From NCBI RefSeq assembly GCF_004102945.1, contig NZ_CP019384.1, positions 960,001 through 992,000 on the forward strand: a stretch of 32,000 nt of DNA, in the 5' to 3' direction. The notes below the pieces were generated by a model. That model was not told where the DNA came from, made no database searches, and saw nothing but the letters and a program-made list of their open reading frames with translations. Positions 8,460-19,542 of the stretch are shown piece after piece; positions within the stretch are counted from its first letter, which is position 1; each line of letters starts with the position of its first letter. This DNA comes from Candidatus Velamenicoccus archaeovorus. GTDB lineage: Bacteria; Omnitrophota; Gorgyraeia; Velamenicoccales; Velamenicoccaceae. Made by a program: the position numbers and the translations under genes.

Positions 8460-9408
8460 GATTCTTTCGATACCACGCGATCGTCTTTTTCAGACCCTCA
8501 TCCAAACCTACCCGTGGCCGCCACCGCAAAAGGATGTGAGCCTTCTTGTTATCACTGAAAAACCTGATAGCCTCTCCGGCCCGTTTAGGGATAGCTCCTT
8601 TCAGCAAAGAGATAGGATTCCCCACGAGTTTAACAACTTTTTGTGCGACATCGAAAATTGTATATTCGCGGCCGTTGCCGACATTGATGACCTCGCCGAG
8701 GCAAATCCCGAATCTGCGCGCTGCGCATATAAAAGCATCTACCACGTCACTGACGTAGTTAAATTCTCGTGTTTGGTCGCCCTCCGTCATCGGAAAATCT
8801 CTACGTTCCAGACAGTGGGCGATCAATGCGGGAATAAACATATCCTTGTCCTGTTGAGGTCCATATGTCAAAAAGGGCCTTAATGTCATTACGGGGAGGC
8901 CGAAGGATGAAAACATCATTTGACCATAATAGGTCGCGGCCACCTTGCTGGCGGAATAAGGAGATACGGGGGTTTCACGCTGACGCTCACGAAAAGGCAC
9001 GGGGCCATTGCCGTATTCTTCACATGTCCCGGTATTGATGAAGCATTTCAAACGCGGCAGTGCCTCCAGAGCGGCAGTAAGAAGGCTGACCGTTCCCCTG
9101 ACGTTGACATCCATCATCTCCTCAATCAATTCCGGCTGTCTGGCCGCATTACGCAATGCGGCCAAATGATAAATGAATGCGGGTTTTATTTTCTTAAGAC
9201 ATGAGACGACTTTTCGGAAATTCCGGATATCTCCTTCCCATACAGCAAGGCGCGAGACGACATCTTTCAGACGCGTATGGTTTGCGCCCTTTTTTAAAAA
9301 AACATGGACCTTTGCGCCGTCTTCTATGAGACGTTGCGTCAAATGGCTGCCGATAAAGCCGTCGGCGCCCGTCACAAAAACGACACGTCCTTTCAGTAAT
9401 GAACTCAT
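8437..9408 (-). CDS. NAD(P)-dependent sugar epimerase/reductase (extended SDR), candidate terminal enzyme of the CDP-dideoxyhexose branch
   Basis: 'VFVTGADGFIGSHL' Rossmann motif and 'YSASK' catalytic YxxxK. I prefer ATG 9408, which forms an ATGA overlap with the rfbF stop. ATG 9429 (track start) is also possible. Confidence 0.75.
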   Translation of the reverse strand: MSSLLKGRVVFVTGADGFIGSHLTQRLIEDGAKVHVFLKKGANHTRLKDVVSRLAVWEGDIRNFRKVVSCLKKIKPAFIYHLAALRNAARQPELIEEMMDVNVRGTVSLLTAALEALPRLKCFINTGTCEEYGNGPVPFRERQRETPVSPYSASKVAATYYGQMMFSSFGLPVMTLRPFLTYGPQQDKDMFIPALIAHCLERRDFPMTEGDQTREFNYVSDVVDAFICAARRFGICLGEVINVGNGREYTIFDVAQKVVKLVGNPISLLKGAIPKRAGEAIRFFSDNKKAHILLRWRPRVGLDEGLKKTIAWYRKNRGDHAGI

Positions 9409-10220
9409 GCGTCTTTCCAGATTTTCCATAGAGCTCGGCCCTCACGCCAATACTGATTAAGAAGGTCCATATTGCGCAAGGTATCCATGCATTGCCAGAA
9501 ACCGCGATGCTCATACATCATAAGTTCACGATCCCGAGTGAGGTTCTCAAGTACTTCTTTTTCGAGGGTACACGTATCGGCACCCGACAAATATTTAAAA
9601 ACTTTCTTGGAAAAGACAAAAAAACCGCCGTTGATAAAACCGCTGGATATCTGGGGTTTCTCGCTGAACCGGCTGATGCGATGATTTTTTACAACCAACT
9701 CGCCGAATCTTGCCGGGGGCCTTACACCCGTTATTGTTGCAATCTTTCTATGCTTAAAATGGAATTCCAACAGTTCCCCGAGATTGATATCCGCGACGCC
9801 ATCTCCATATGTCAACAGGAAAGTGTCGATGCCTGACAGATACGGCTGGACACGTTTGATGCGCGCGCCTGTCATAGCCGTAAGACCCGTTTGGACTAGC
9901 GTTACCTCCCAATCCTCTTCATCGTGAGTGCTATGAATCATGATATCTTCGTGGCTGCCAAGTTTCACTGTAAAATCGCAATTGTGGATACGATAATGAT
10001 AAAAAAACTCTTTAATAATGTCCCCCTTATAGCCCAAACAGATAATAAAGCGACGAAAACCATAATGCGCATATATCTTCATGATATGCCAAAGAATGGG
10101 TCGGTCGCCGATCGTTACCATCGGCTTGGGGATAAATTCAGTCTGCTCTCTCATACGGGTCCCAAATCCACCCGCTAGGATCACCACAGGAAATTCGGAA
10201 ATTTTGGGCATTTTATTCAT
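9405..10220 (-). CDS. rfbF: Glucose-1-phosphate cytidylyltransferase
   Basis: 'VVILAGGFGTRMREQTEFIPKPMVTIGDRPILWHIMKIYAHYGFRRFIICLGYKGDIIKEFF' is the characteristic RfbF/DdhA N-terminus. 271 aa fits the family. Confidence 0.85.
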   Translation of the reverse strand: MNKMPKISEFPVVILAGGFGTRMREQTEFIPKPMVTIGDRPILWHIMKIYAHYGFRRFIICLGYKGDIIKEFFYHYRIHNCDFTVKLGSHEDIMIHSTHDEEDWEVTLVQTGLTAMTGARIKRVQPYLSGIDTFLLTYGDGVADINLGELLEFHFKHRKIATITGVRPPARFGELVVKNHRISRFSEKPQISSGFINGGFFVFSKKVFKYLSGADTCTLEKEVLENLTRDRELMMYEHRGFWQCMDTLRNMDLLNQYWREGRALWKIWKDA

Positions 10221-11194
10221 ATGTCCATCCTCTCTTGAAAAGAGCCGCCTCCATGATTAAATTCGCTGCGGACGACAAATAGGGGGCGATGCTTAACTTC
10301 CATATAGAGCCTACCGATATATTCCCCAATAAGACCGAGAAAAAACAATTGAAAGCCGCCCAAAATCAGCATCGGCAACAGCGTCGAGGCCCAACCGGGC
10401 ACCTGATCATGGACCATTTTGACATACAAAACCCAGATAACTCCACCGATGGAAAAGACGCATAAAACTCCGCCAAGAATTGAAGCCATTCTCAAAGGAA
10501 CGTACGTAAATGAAACAATCCCGGAAAATGCCAAAGAAAAAAGCGACGTGATATTGAATTTTGTGACGCCGTCTCTCCGTGGTTCCCTCCGATAATAAAC
10601 AACAGCGTATCTGCTTTCCAGCTGCAGTATCATAGCCCGGATAAACCTGTTTCGTTCCGGAAGGCCATTAAACTCCTTTACCAATTCCTTCGACATGAGC
10701 CTGAAATCGCCGTGATTGTAAACGATTTCGACACCCATGGCTTGCAAACACTTATAGTAGGATTGGGAAAACCACCGTTTAAACAAACTGTCGGCCTTTC
10801 TGTCCTCTCTGACTCCCAAGACCAGGTCGTATCCCTTTTCATAATATGCGACCATTTCTTCTATCTTTTCCGGAGAATCCTGAAGATCGGCATCAATCGT
10901 GATAACCGCATCTCCGTTAGCATAAAATAACCCGGCCGAAAGAGACCCTTGGTAACCGAAATTACGCCTCAGAGCAATAATTCTGACGTGTTTGTCTGAC
11001 TCAAAGATGTGTTGCAGGACTTCAAGCGTCTGATCCGTTGAACCGTTGTCGACATAAACAATTTCAAACTGCGAGCATTTTTTGGATTGACGCAATCCTT
11101 CGCAGACATGCAGGAGCCGGCGATGAGTTGCATCCAGAACCTCTTTTTCATTGTGACAGGGTACAACGATACTCAGAAACTGGATTTTACGCAT
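10217..11194 (-). CDS. GT2 polyprenyl-phosphate glycosyltransferase (GtrB / ArnC / DPM1-like)
   Basis: 'LSIVVPCHNEKEVL', 'VDNGSTDQT' and 'ITIDADLQD' GT-A motifs. Two C-terminal TM helices and the family-typical 'GEYIGRLYMEVKHRPLFVV' tail. Confidence 0.8.
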   Translation of the reverse strand: MRKIQFLSIVVPCHNEKEVLDATHRRLLHVCEGLRQSKKCSQFEIVYVDNGSTDQTLEVLQHIFESDKHVRIIALRRNFGYQGSLSAGLFYANGDAVITIDADLQDSPEKIEEMVAYYEKGYDLVLGVREDRKADSLFKRWFSQSYYKCLQAMGVEIVYNHGDFRLMSKELVKEFNGLPERNRFIRAMILQLESRYAVVYYRREPRRDGVTKFNITSLFSLAFSGIVSFTYVPLRMASILGGVLCVFSIGGVIWVLYVKMVHDQVPGWASTLLPMLILGGFQLFFLGLIGEYIGRLYMEVKHRPLFVVRSEFNHGGGSFQERMDI

Positions 11195-11196
11195 GG

Positions 11197-12522
11197 TTAC
11201 CCCTTTTTAAAAGGCGCCATGAAAACAGAGAAAGATTCCTTGATATATCGGATCATTTTGTTGTCAAGCCCAGGGTAAACGCCAATCCAAAAAACCCGGT
11301 TCATAACAAAATCAGTATTTTTGAGGCTCCTGAAAACCCTGTGGCGCACGCCTTCAAAAGCCGGGTGACGGAGAATGTTTCCCGCAAACAACGGCCTGGT
11401 CGCAATGCGGTTTTTCTCAAGATGGGCGACGAGTTCGTCTTTCGTGAAAGGAGCCGTTTTTTTGACGCCAATCAGGAAACCAAACCAGCTTGGCCGAGAT
11501 CCCTTCGTTACCTGCGGCAAAATCAGATACTCTTCATATTGTCTTAATGCTTCATGAAGCAATCTAAAATTTTTCTGTCTCAAGCGTACAAATCCGGGCA
11601 ACTTCTTGAGTTGTGCAACGCCGACCGCGGCAGCCATATCAACGGGCTTAAGATTATATCCAAGATGGGAATAGATGTATTTGTGGTCATACCCTTTCGG
11701 CAACGACCCCATTTTCCAGCCAAAGCGGCAACCGCAGGTATTATCCTGTCCGGGTGCACACCAACAATCTCTGCCCCAGTCACGCAGAGACTCAAGTATC
11801 CTCTTGAATAACCCATCATTAGTGACGACAGCCCCGCCTTCGCCTGTGGTGATGTGATGCGCAGGATAAAAACTTAAAGTCCCCATGTCGCCGAAGGTCC
11901 CGACAGGCTTATCCCTGTAAGTAGCCCCCAAGGCATCGCACGCGTCTTCTATCAGAAATAGCCCGTGTTTTCTGGCGATCCGCATGACGGCTGCCAGATC
12001 AAAAGGATTGCCGAGCGTGTGTGCCATAATGATCGCACGCGTCTTTTTGCCGATAGCCTTCTCGAGCAAGCCAGGATCGACATTATAAGTTCCCAGAGCC
12101 ACATCAACGAAAACCGGAACAAGCCGGTTCTGAATAATAGGGGCGACGGTCGTTGGAAAAGAGGCCGCGAGAGTCAGAACTTCATCTCCGGGTTTCAGCC
12201 GCCTCTCTTTCAATAAAGGAGATGTCAGGGCTGAAACAGCCAATAGATTCGCCGAAGATCCCGAGTTCGTCAATACGGCGTAGCGGCATTTCAAATAGGC
12301 AGATATATCCTTGGCAAACCGATCGCCGTATCTGCCCAGCGTAAGCCAAAAATCAAGAGAACAATCTACAAGGGCGATCATCTCTTTTTCATCATAGACA
12401 CGGCCCGCATATGGAATGTGTGTCTGGCCGGGCACAAAGTGCTTCTTGCGCACCCTAAGCCGGTAGATATCCTTGACCAGCTTGAAAATTTTAGCGCGTA
12501 GCTTTTTTTCTTGAAAGGTCAT
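11197..12522 (-). CDS. rfbH: CDP-4-keto-6-deoxy-D-glucose-3-dehydrase (E1; DegT/DnrJ/EryC1-fold, PMP + [2Fe-2S])
   Basis: 441 aa. 'SFYPAHHITTGEGG' has His where aminotransferases carry the Schiff-base Lys. Hand count gives Cys spacing C-X57-C-X1-C-X7-C ('EDACDAL...RDCWCAPGQDNTCGCRF'), matching the unusual [2Fe-2S] motif reported for Yersinia E1. Confidence 0.85.
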   Translation of the reverse strand: MTFQEKKLRAKIFKLVKDIYRLRVRKKHFVPGQTHIPYAGRVYDEKEMIALVDCSLDFWLTLGRYGDRFAKDISAYLKCRYAVLTNSGSSANLLAVSALTSPLLKERRLKPGDEVLTLAASFPTTVAPIIQNRLVPVFVDVALGTYNVDPGLLEKAIGKKTRAIIMAHTLGNPFDLAAVMRIARKHGLFLIEDACDALGATYRDKPVGTFGDMGTLSFYPAHHITTGEGGAVVTNDGLFKRILESLRDWGRDCWCAPGQDNTCGCRFGWKMGSLPKGYDHKYIYSHLGYNLKPVDMAAAVGVAQLKKLPGFVRLRQKNFRLLHEALRQYEEYLILPQVTKGSRPSWFGFLIGVKKTAPFTKDELVAHLEKNRIATRPLFAGNILRHPAFEGVRHRVFRSLKNTDFVMNRVFWIGVYPGLDNKMIRYIKESFSVFMAPFKKG

Positions 12523-13489
12523 GACGCATCCAGTATGACGTGTACCAATCGATAGTCTCTTTCAATCCGTCCTTCAATGAATAAAGGGACTTCCACTCCA
12601 ACAGCCTTCCCGCTTTGGTCGCGCGAAGACTCTGATTGACGATCTCACCTCTGGCTGTATTTAGAATAAGCGGCTTCAAATCCTTTCGCCCCATAAGATC
12701 AAGAATAACTCTCACAAGTTCTTTGACTTTGATCTTTGTCTCATTGCCGAAATTAAAGGCCTGTCCCACAACGGCTTTGCTTCCCATTTTCTCGGCTAAA
12801 TGGATGTAAGCCCTGGCAGCATCCTTGACATAGAAATAATCCCTCACGTATTCCCCGTCGCTTCTAATGACAGGCCTTTCACCCAGATAAGCCGCACGTA
12901 TGGTCCCTGGAACGAGACGATTATAATTCACGTCGCCGCCCCCAAACAGGTTGCCGCAACGCGTCACACAAACAGGCAATTTGTAATGGTGGTGGTACAT
13001 CTGGGCAATCAGATCCGCACAGCTTTTGGATACATCATACGGATTCCTTCCAGCCAGCGGCGTCTCTTCGCCGTACGACAAACCACCGTGGTCCCCATAG
13101 GCCTTGTCGCTGGATGCTACGATGATCCGCCTGACGTGCCGGTGATGCCGACAGGCTTCTAAAAGCGACCACGTCCCCTTGATGTTGGATTCAAAGGTAG
13201 ACAAAGGACTCTGATTGGCTGTGCCGACAATTGTCTGGGCGGCGAGGTGAAAAACAAGCGTGATTTCATATTCATTGAGGATCCGTTCCACTAGAGAATA
13301 GTCCTCGACACACCCACGCACAATGGTTATTTGGGATGAAAGGCCATCGGTAAAAATCTTTGATTCCGGCACAAAATCCCTCACCAAACCGACTATCCTG
13401 GCTCCTTTTAACAATAGTTCTTGAGTCAGCCATGAACCCAATAAACCGGTGCAACCCGTGATGAAAACCTGCTCTTTATTCCAATGCAT
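12491..13489 (-). CDS. rfbG: CDP-glucose 4,6-dehydratase-like extended SDR
   Basis: 'VFITGCTGLLGSWLTQELL', 'SSDKAYG' and 'YDVSKSCADL' (YxxxK). Sits directly upstream of rfbH with a 32-nt overlap. Substrate assignment rests on context. Start set at ATG 13489 (GAGGTG upstream) instead of GTG 13495. Confidence 0.6.
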   Translation of the reverse strand: MHWNKEQVFITGCTGLLGSWLTQELLLKGARIVGLVRDFVPESKIFTDGLSSQITIVRGCVEDYSLVERILNEYEITLVFHLAAQTIVGTANQSPLSTFESNIKGTWSLLEACRHHRHVRRIIVASSDKAYGDHGGLSYGEETPLAGRNPYDVSKSCADLIAQMYHHHYKLPVCVTRCGNLFGGGDVNYNRLVPGTIRAAYLGERPVIRSDGEYVRDYFYVKDAARAYIHLAEKMGSKAVVGQAFNFGNETKIKVKELVRVILDLMGRKDLKPLILNTARGEIVNQSLRATKAGRLLEWKSLYSLKDGLKETIDWYTSYWMRHDLSRKKATR

Positions 13490-13518
13490 AGGCACCTCTT
13501 TTTAATCCGCTCGGACTC

Positions 13519-14928
13519 TCAATAAGCGTTCTTGTTCAATAGTCCTTTCCAGACAGTTAACCAGAGAATCTTCAGATCGAACCAGAGAGACCAGTGCTCG
13601 ATGTAATAGATGTCGTGTTCGATCCGTTTCTTCATTTTTTCCAGCGTATCCGTCTCTCCCCGCCAGCCATTCACCTGCGCCCAACCGGTGATGCCGGGCT
13701 TGACTTTATACCGCCACATATATGTTTCAAGAAGGAGTCTATGTTTTTCATCGAGATACAGCGGGTGCGGACGCGGCCCGACAATGGACATCTGTCCCCG
13801 CAGGACATTGTAGAGCTGCGGTAACTCATCAAGGCTGGTGCGCCTCAAAAAACGACCGACAGGAGTAATGCGTCCGTCCTCCCTCTTGGCCTGCAATTTA
13901 TCAGCGACGTCCTGTTCTGTTACCACCATGCTTCGTAACTTATAAACATAGAATTCCTTACCGGCAATGCCGTATCGCTTTTGCCTGAAAAAAACGGGTC
14001 CGGGCGAAGACATCCTGACCAAAGCCGTAAGGACAGCCATCAGGGGCGCAGTCAAGACCAGGGCGAAGGCGGAAACGACGATATCAAAAATACGCTTGAG
14101 GACCCTGTTCCATCCATAAATAGGGCTCTCCGTCAAGTTAATGATGGGCATACCGTCAAAATCCTCAATGCTGGCATTGAGCGTCAGGGCCTGGTAGATA
14201 TTCGGAGCGATGCGCACATCAACGGTTTCCTGCTCAAGTTTTTTTAACAAGTAGGCGAGCCTCTGATAGGCCCGGATCGGCAAGGCAATAAAAACCTGCT
14301 CGATCTTATAGCGATCGATTATTTCGCCGGTCATGGCGCAATTACCGAGGATTTCCTTTCCGCAAATGGTGTCGCCGGGCTTCAAATAATCGTCAATCCA
14401 GCCTATAAGAGAAAAACCGGTCCAAGTGCTGTCTGCGATCTTTTGGGCAAGTCTTTGGCCTGTCTCCCCTGCCCCGACGATCAAGACATGCTTTAAATTG
14501 TAGCCACGGACGCGCAAGAACCTGAGGAGTTTACGCAGAAGGATGCGGTCAAGAAAAATAAGACAAAGGCTCAGTAAGAAAAACAATACGAAAACCAAGC
14601 GTGAATAAACGTGGTCCCTGTAAAAAAAGCTCAAGGACAAAAGAACCAGAATCGCCATAAACGTTGCTTTAATGATCTGGAAAAATTCCTGCCAGAGAGA
14701 TATGTTTCTTTTAGGGGTATACATCTGAAAAATGTCAAAGACCACGGGCCAGACGACGGCAACGACAGGCAGGACAAAGAAATAATAACGTATCGGTGGC
14801 ACATCGGCAGGCAGAAACCATCCAGTCCTAAAACGCAAGACATAGGACAAAAGCCAGGCGGCCATCGCCAGGATGACATCCGTGAATCTGATGCAACCGA
14901 TCAGTATCTGCGCGTGTTTCTTCAGCAT
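13519..14928 (-). CDS. Initiating polyprenyl-phosphate hexose-1-phosphate transferase (WbaP/WcaJ-type large PGT)
   Basis: N-terminal TM bundle, central Rossmann-like 'VLIVGAGETGQ', and C-terminal bacterial sugar transferase domain ('RIFDIVVSAFALVLTAPLM', 'PGPVFFRQKRYG', 'DELPQLYNVLRGQMSIVGPRP'). Confidence 0.85.
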   Translation of the reverse strand: MLKKHAQILIGCIRFTDVILAMAAWLLSYVLRFRTGWFLPADVPPIRYYFFVLPVVAVVWPVVFDIFQMYTPKRNISLWQEFFQIIKATFMAILVLLSLSFFYRDHVYSRLVFVLFFLLSLCLIFLDRILLRKLLRFLRVRGYNLKHVLIVGAGETGQRLAQKIADSTWTGFSLIGWIDDYLKPGDTICGKEILGNCAMTGEIIDRYKIEQVFIALPIRAYQRLAYLLKKLEQETVDVRIAPNIYQALTLNASIEDFDGMPIINLTESPIYGWNRVLKRIFDIVVSAFALVLTAPLMAVLTALVRMSSPGPVFFRQKRYGIAGKEFYVYKLRSMVVTEQDVADKLQAKREDGRITPVGRFLRRTSLDELPQLYNVLRGQMSIVGPRPHPLYLDEKHRLLLETYMWRYKVKPGITGWAQVNGWRGETDTLEKMKKRIEHDIYYIEHWSLWFDLKILWLTVWKGLLNKNAY

Positions 14929-14929
14929 G

Positions 14930-16183
14930 TCAATTTTTCAGGTCTAGTAAGACTTTTTCAAAATCAGTCATAACGTTTTCATAGGACAGATGTGTTTCGG
15001 CAAAAGAACGGCCGGATGAACCACATCTTTCACGCAGGGCCGGATCATCATAGAATTTCAATATGGCCCCGGCCAAAAGCTTCGGATCTTCCGGAGGCAC
15101 AACCTCGCCGCAGCCGCTTTTTTGAATGCAGCGTGCAAGCTCGCAATCGGCTTCAGCAGCAGCCACCACAGGCCTGGAACTCCCCATGATATTCCACAAT
15201 TTGGATGGCATAAGAAAATCGCCGACGCCTTTCTTCTGAATAATGAGCGAGAGATCCGCAGCCCCCAGCATCAAAGGCAGCATCTCGCGGGGCTGCAAAG
15301 GCAGAAGGCGTATCTGCTCCGGCTCAATATCTTGAAGCCTTTGTTTGAGCCGGTTCAAACCGGCCCCTTCGCCGACTATCAGATATAAAATGTCTTTGCG
15401 GTCTTTTGTTAAAAGGGCCGCATCCGCCAAAATATCCACCCCTTGCTTTTCACCGATGTTGCCGGCATACAAAACAATAAACTTGTCACGGCCGATTCCA
15501 TAATGCTCTCTAAAAGCATTATCACGGGAAACAGGCTTCAGAAACTGCGTATCGACCCAATTAGGAAACAAAAGGACCGGTCTCCTGAAAGCGCCTTTGG
15601 TTTCGATGCGTTTCTTCATTCCATCACTGATGGTCGAAAGAAGAGCGGCCCGCCTGAAAAGAAATCGTTCCCAACGGCGCAAGAAACCCAGAATAAATCT
15701 GTTTTTGATAAGCCCGAGATCAGCCGCCGCATCAATCTGTAAATCCTGAATATGGAAAATAAATGGTATGCGTTTCACCCTGCAAAAAAACCAGGCCCAA
15801 AACCCCAGTTGCAGAGGCGGACATACAACGATAACGGCATCGATTTTTTTAAAAAGGATCTTGAGGAGACGCCAGCAAGAAGACAAGGCGAATACCGTCT
15901 CGTGCATCACGCGGGTTCTGACGTTGACCTTGTTCAGGGAAGGCACAAAAGACCGTAGGATCGTCACGCCTCCTTCTGATTCTGCCTTAGACCAGCGGCC
16001 GGCATACGGATGGCCGACTTTCCAGGAAGGATACCACGGGAAAGCCGTCACCACCGTGACCTCGTGGCCCTGGCGCGCCAAATATTCGGCCATCCCGCGA
16101 TTGAACACACCGATTCCAATCTGTTCGGGATAATAATGAATACTGTAAACCACCACATTCAGTTTCTTTTCGCTTTGGGTCAT
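14930..16183 (-). CDS. GT4 glycosyltransferase, WcaI-like
   Basis: N-terminus 'LNVVVYSIHYYPEQIGIGVFNRGMAEYLARQGHEVTVVTAFPWYPSWK' closely resembles the WcaI-type N-terminus. GT-B C-terminal half has an 'E...G...E' region. Confidence 0.75.
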   Translation of the reverse strand: MTQSEKKLNVVVYSIHYYPEQIGIGVFNRGMAEYLARQGHEVTVVTAFPWYPSWKVGHPYAGRWSKAESEGGVTILRSFVPSLNKVNVRTRVMHETVFALSSCWRLLKILFKKIDAVIVVCPPLQLGFWAWFFCRVKRIPFIFHIQDLQIDAAADLGLIKNRFILGFLRRWERFLFRRAALLSTISDGMKKRIETKGAFRRPVLLFPNWVDTQFLKPVSRDNAFREHYGIGRDKFIVLYAGNIGEKQGVDILADAALLTKDRKDILYLIVGEGAGLNRLKQRLQDIEPEQIRLLPLQPREMLPLMLGAADLSLIIQKKGVGDFLMPSKLWNIMGSSRPVVAAAEADCELARCIQKSGCGEVVPPEDPKLLAGAILKFYDDPALRERCGSSGRSFAETHLSYENVMTDFEKVLLDLKN

Positions 16184-16196
16184 CGTGTCGCTATCC

Positions 16197-17390
16197 TCAC
16201 GATGCCCCTGAAGCGCATCGAGATGATATGGCCGCCGTCTTGTCCATCAATTGCTCTATGGATGACCAGACATCTTGAACGGAGATTCCATCCATACATT
16301 CATGACCTGGTTTCTGGCATTTTTTATAGACACAGGGACGGCAGTCTACTTTTTCATTCCAAACCGCGACGATATGGTCATCAAAAGGCTTTGCCAAATA
16401 CGGCCATTGAGGCCCGTAAAGAACGACGGCCGGCGTCCCGACAGCCGAAGCAAGGTGCGATGCGGCGCTATCCAGACAAACAAGCAGCCTGCAACGCGAA
16501 AGAAAAGCCATGATCTGCACTAACGAATTTTTTAATACCAGAATGTCGCCTCCAAGCAAATCCAAAATCTCGGTGACCACAGGTGCGTCCTGCGGCCCTT
16601 CAATTAAAACAGGCAAATAATGCCCTTCCTGCAGCATGCGGATCACCCGAACAAAGCGCTCTGGACGCCACAGCTTCTCTTTCGTGCTGGCTCCCGGATG
16701 GATAGCCACAACCTCTCTGCCGGCGAGTCCTCTGTTTTTCCAAAACGCATCCAGCCATTTTACGGCATCAGCATCCATAGATAACCGGTAAGATTTGTCA
16801 TGGATATCCGCCCCCAGATAGCGCAAGACAGACAGCCTCCCCTCTAATAGATGAATGAGATCGCGCGGGAACTCTGGAATATCCGTTAAAAAGATACGTC
16901 CGCCGACAATGTCGTATCCCAGCCTGCGTCGCGCCCCGGCTAAAAACAGGAAAAAAATATTCCGGAAATCAATCTGGGCGTCGATGGCCAGATCAAACTT
17001 CTGCCTTCTTAAATACAAAACCATGCCTGCAAGTTTCCAGAGATTTTTGATATGGTAACTCCTGATACCCCAGGGGAAAGACGCCGTCAAGATGTCATCG
17101 ATAAAATCACACCCCCTCAGGAGTTCCTTTGCAAAATCGTTCGCTAAAAAGGTAATCTTAGAATGAGGATAGCGTTTGCGCAGCGCCCGCAAAAGAGGTA
17201 TGGCCATCATGACATCGCCGATGAGGTGTGACTGCACCACAAGTATTTTTGCCGGGATTTCATCAAAAGAGCCATTCTTATGACCCCGGGAAAAAAAATT
17301 AAGGAAACCGTCCAGAGCAAAGCCCCAGCGCAGCTTTTTCTGATTATAAGCCAGAAGAAAAGGGAGCGTCTGATTATTGCTTTTCATCAT
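16197..17390 (-). CDS. GT9 family glycosyltransferase (heptosyltransferase-like)
   Basis: 'KILVVQSHLIGDVMMAIPLLRALRKRYPHSKITFLA' is the typical GT9 N-terminal motif. C-terminal 'LVCLDSAASHLASAVGTPAVVLYGP' fits the nucleotide-sugar-binding half. Confidence 0.7.
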   Translation of the reverse strand: MMKSNNQTLPFLLAYNQKKLRWGFALDGFLNFFSRGHKNGSFDEIPAKILVVQSHLIGDVMMAIPLLRALRKRYPHSKITFLANDFAKELLRGCDFIDDILTASFPWGIRSYHIKNLWKLAGMVLYLRRQKFDLAIDAQIDFRNIFFLFLAGARRRLGYDIVGGRIFLTDIPEFPRDLIHLLEGRLSVLRYLGADIHDKSYRLSMDADAVKWLDAFWKNRGLAGREVVAIHPGASTKEKLWRPERFVRVIRMLQEGHYLPVLIEGPQDAPVVTEILDLLGGDILVLKNSLVQIMAFLSRCRLLVCLDSAASHLASAVGTPAVVLYGPQWPYLAKPFDDHIVAVWNEKVDCRPCVYKKCQKPGHECMDGISVQDVWSSIEQLMDKTAAISSRCASGAS

Positions 17391-17395
17391 AGGCG

Positions 17396-19538
<2,143 letters not shown>

Positions 19539-19542
<4 letters not shown>

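Noticed and set aside
11197-12522. Reading the DegT-family dehydratase as ColD (GDP-4-keto-6-deoxymannose-3-dehydratase), implying GDP-colitose synthesis with the adjacent gmd/manC
   Set aside because: ColD-type enzymes are shorter and lack an Fe-S site. This product is 441 aa with the C-X57-C-X1-C-X7-C spacing and is flanked by a glucose-1-phosphate cytidylyltransferase, so the CDP-hexose E1 assignment fits better.
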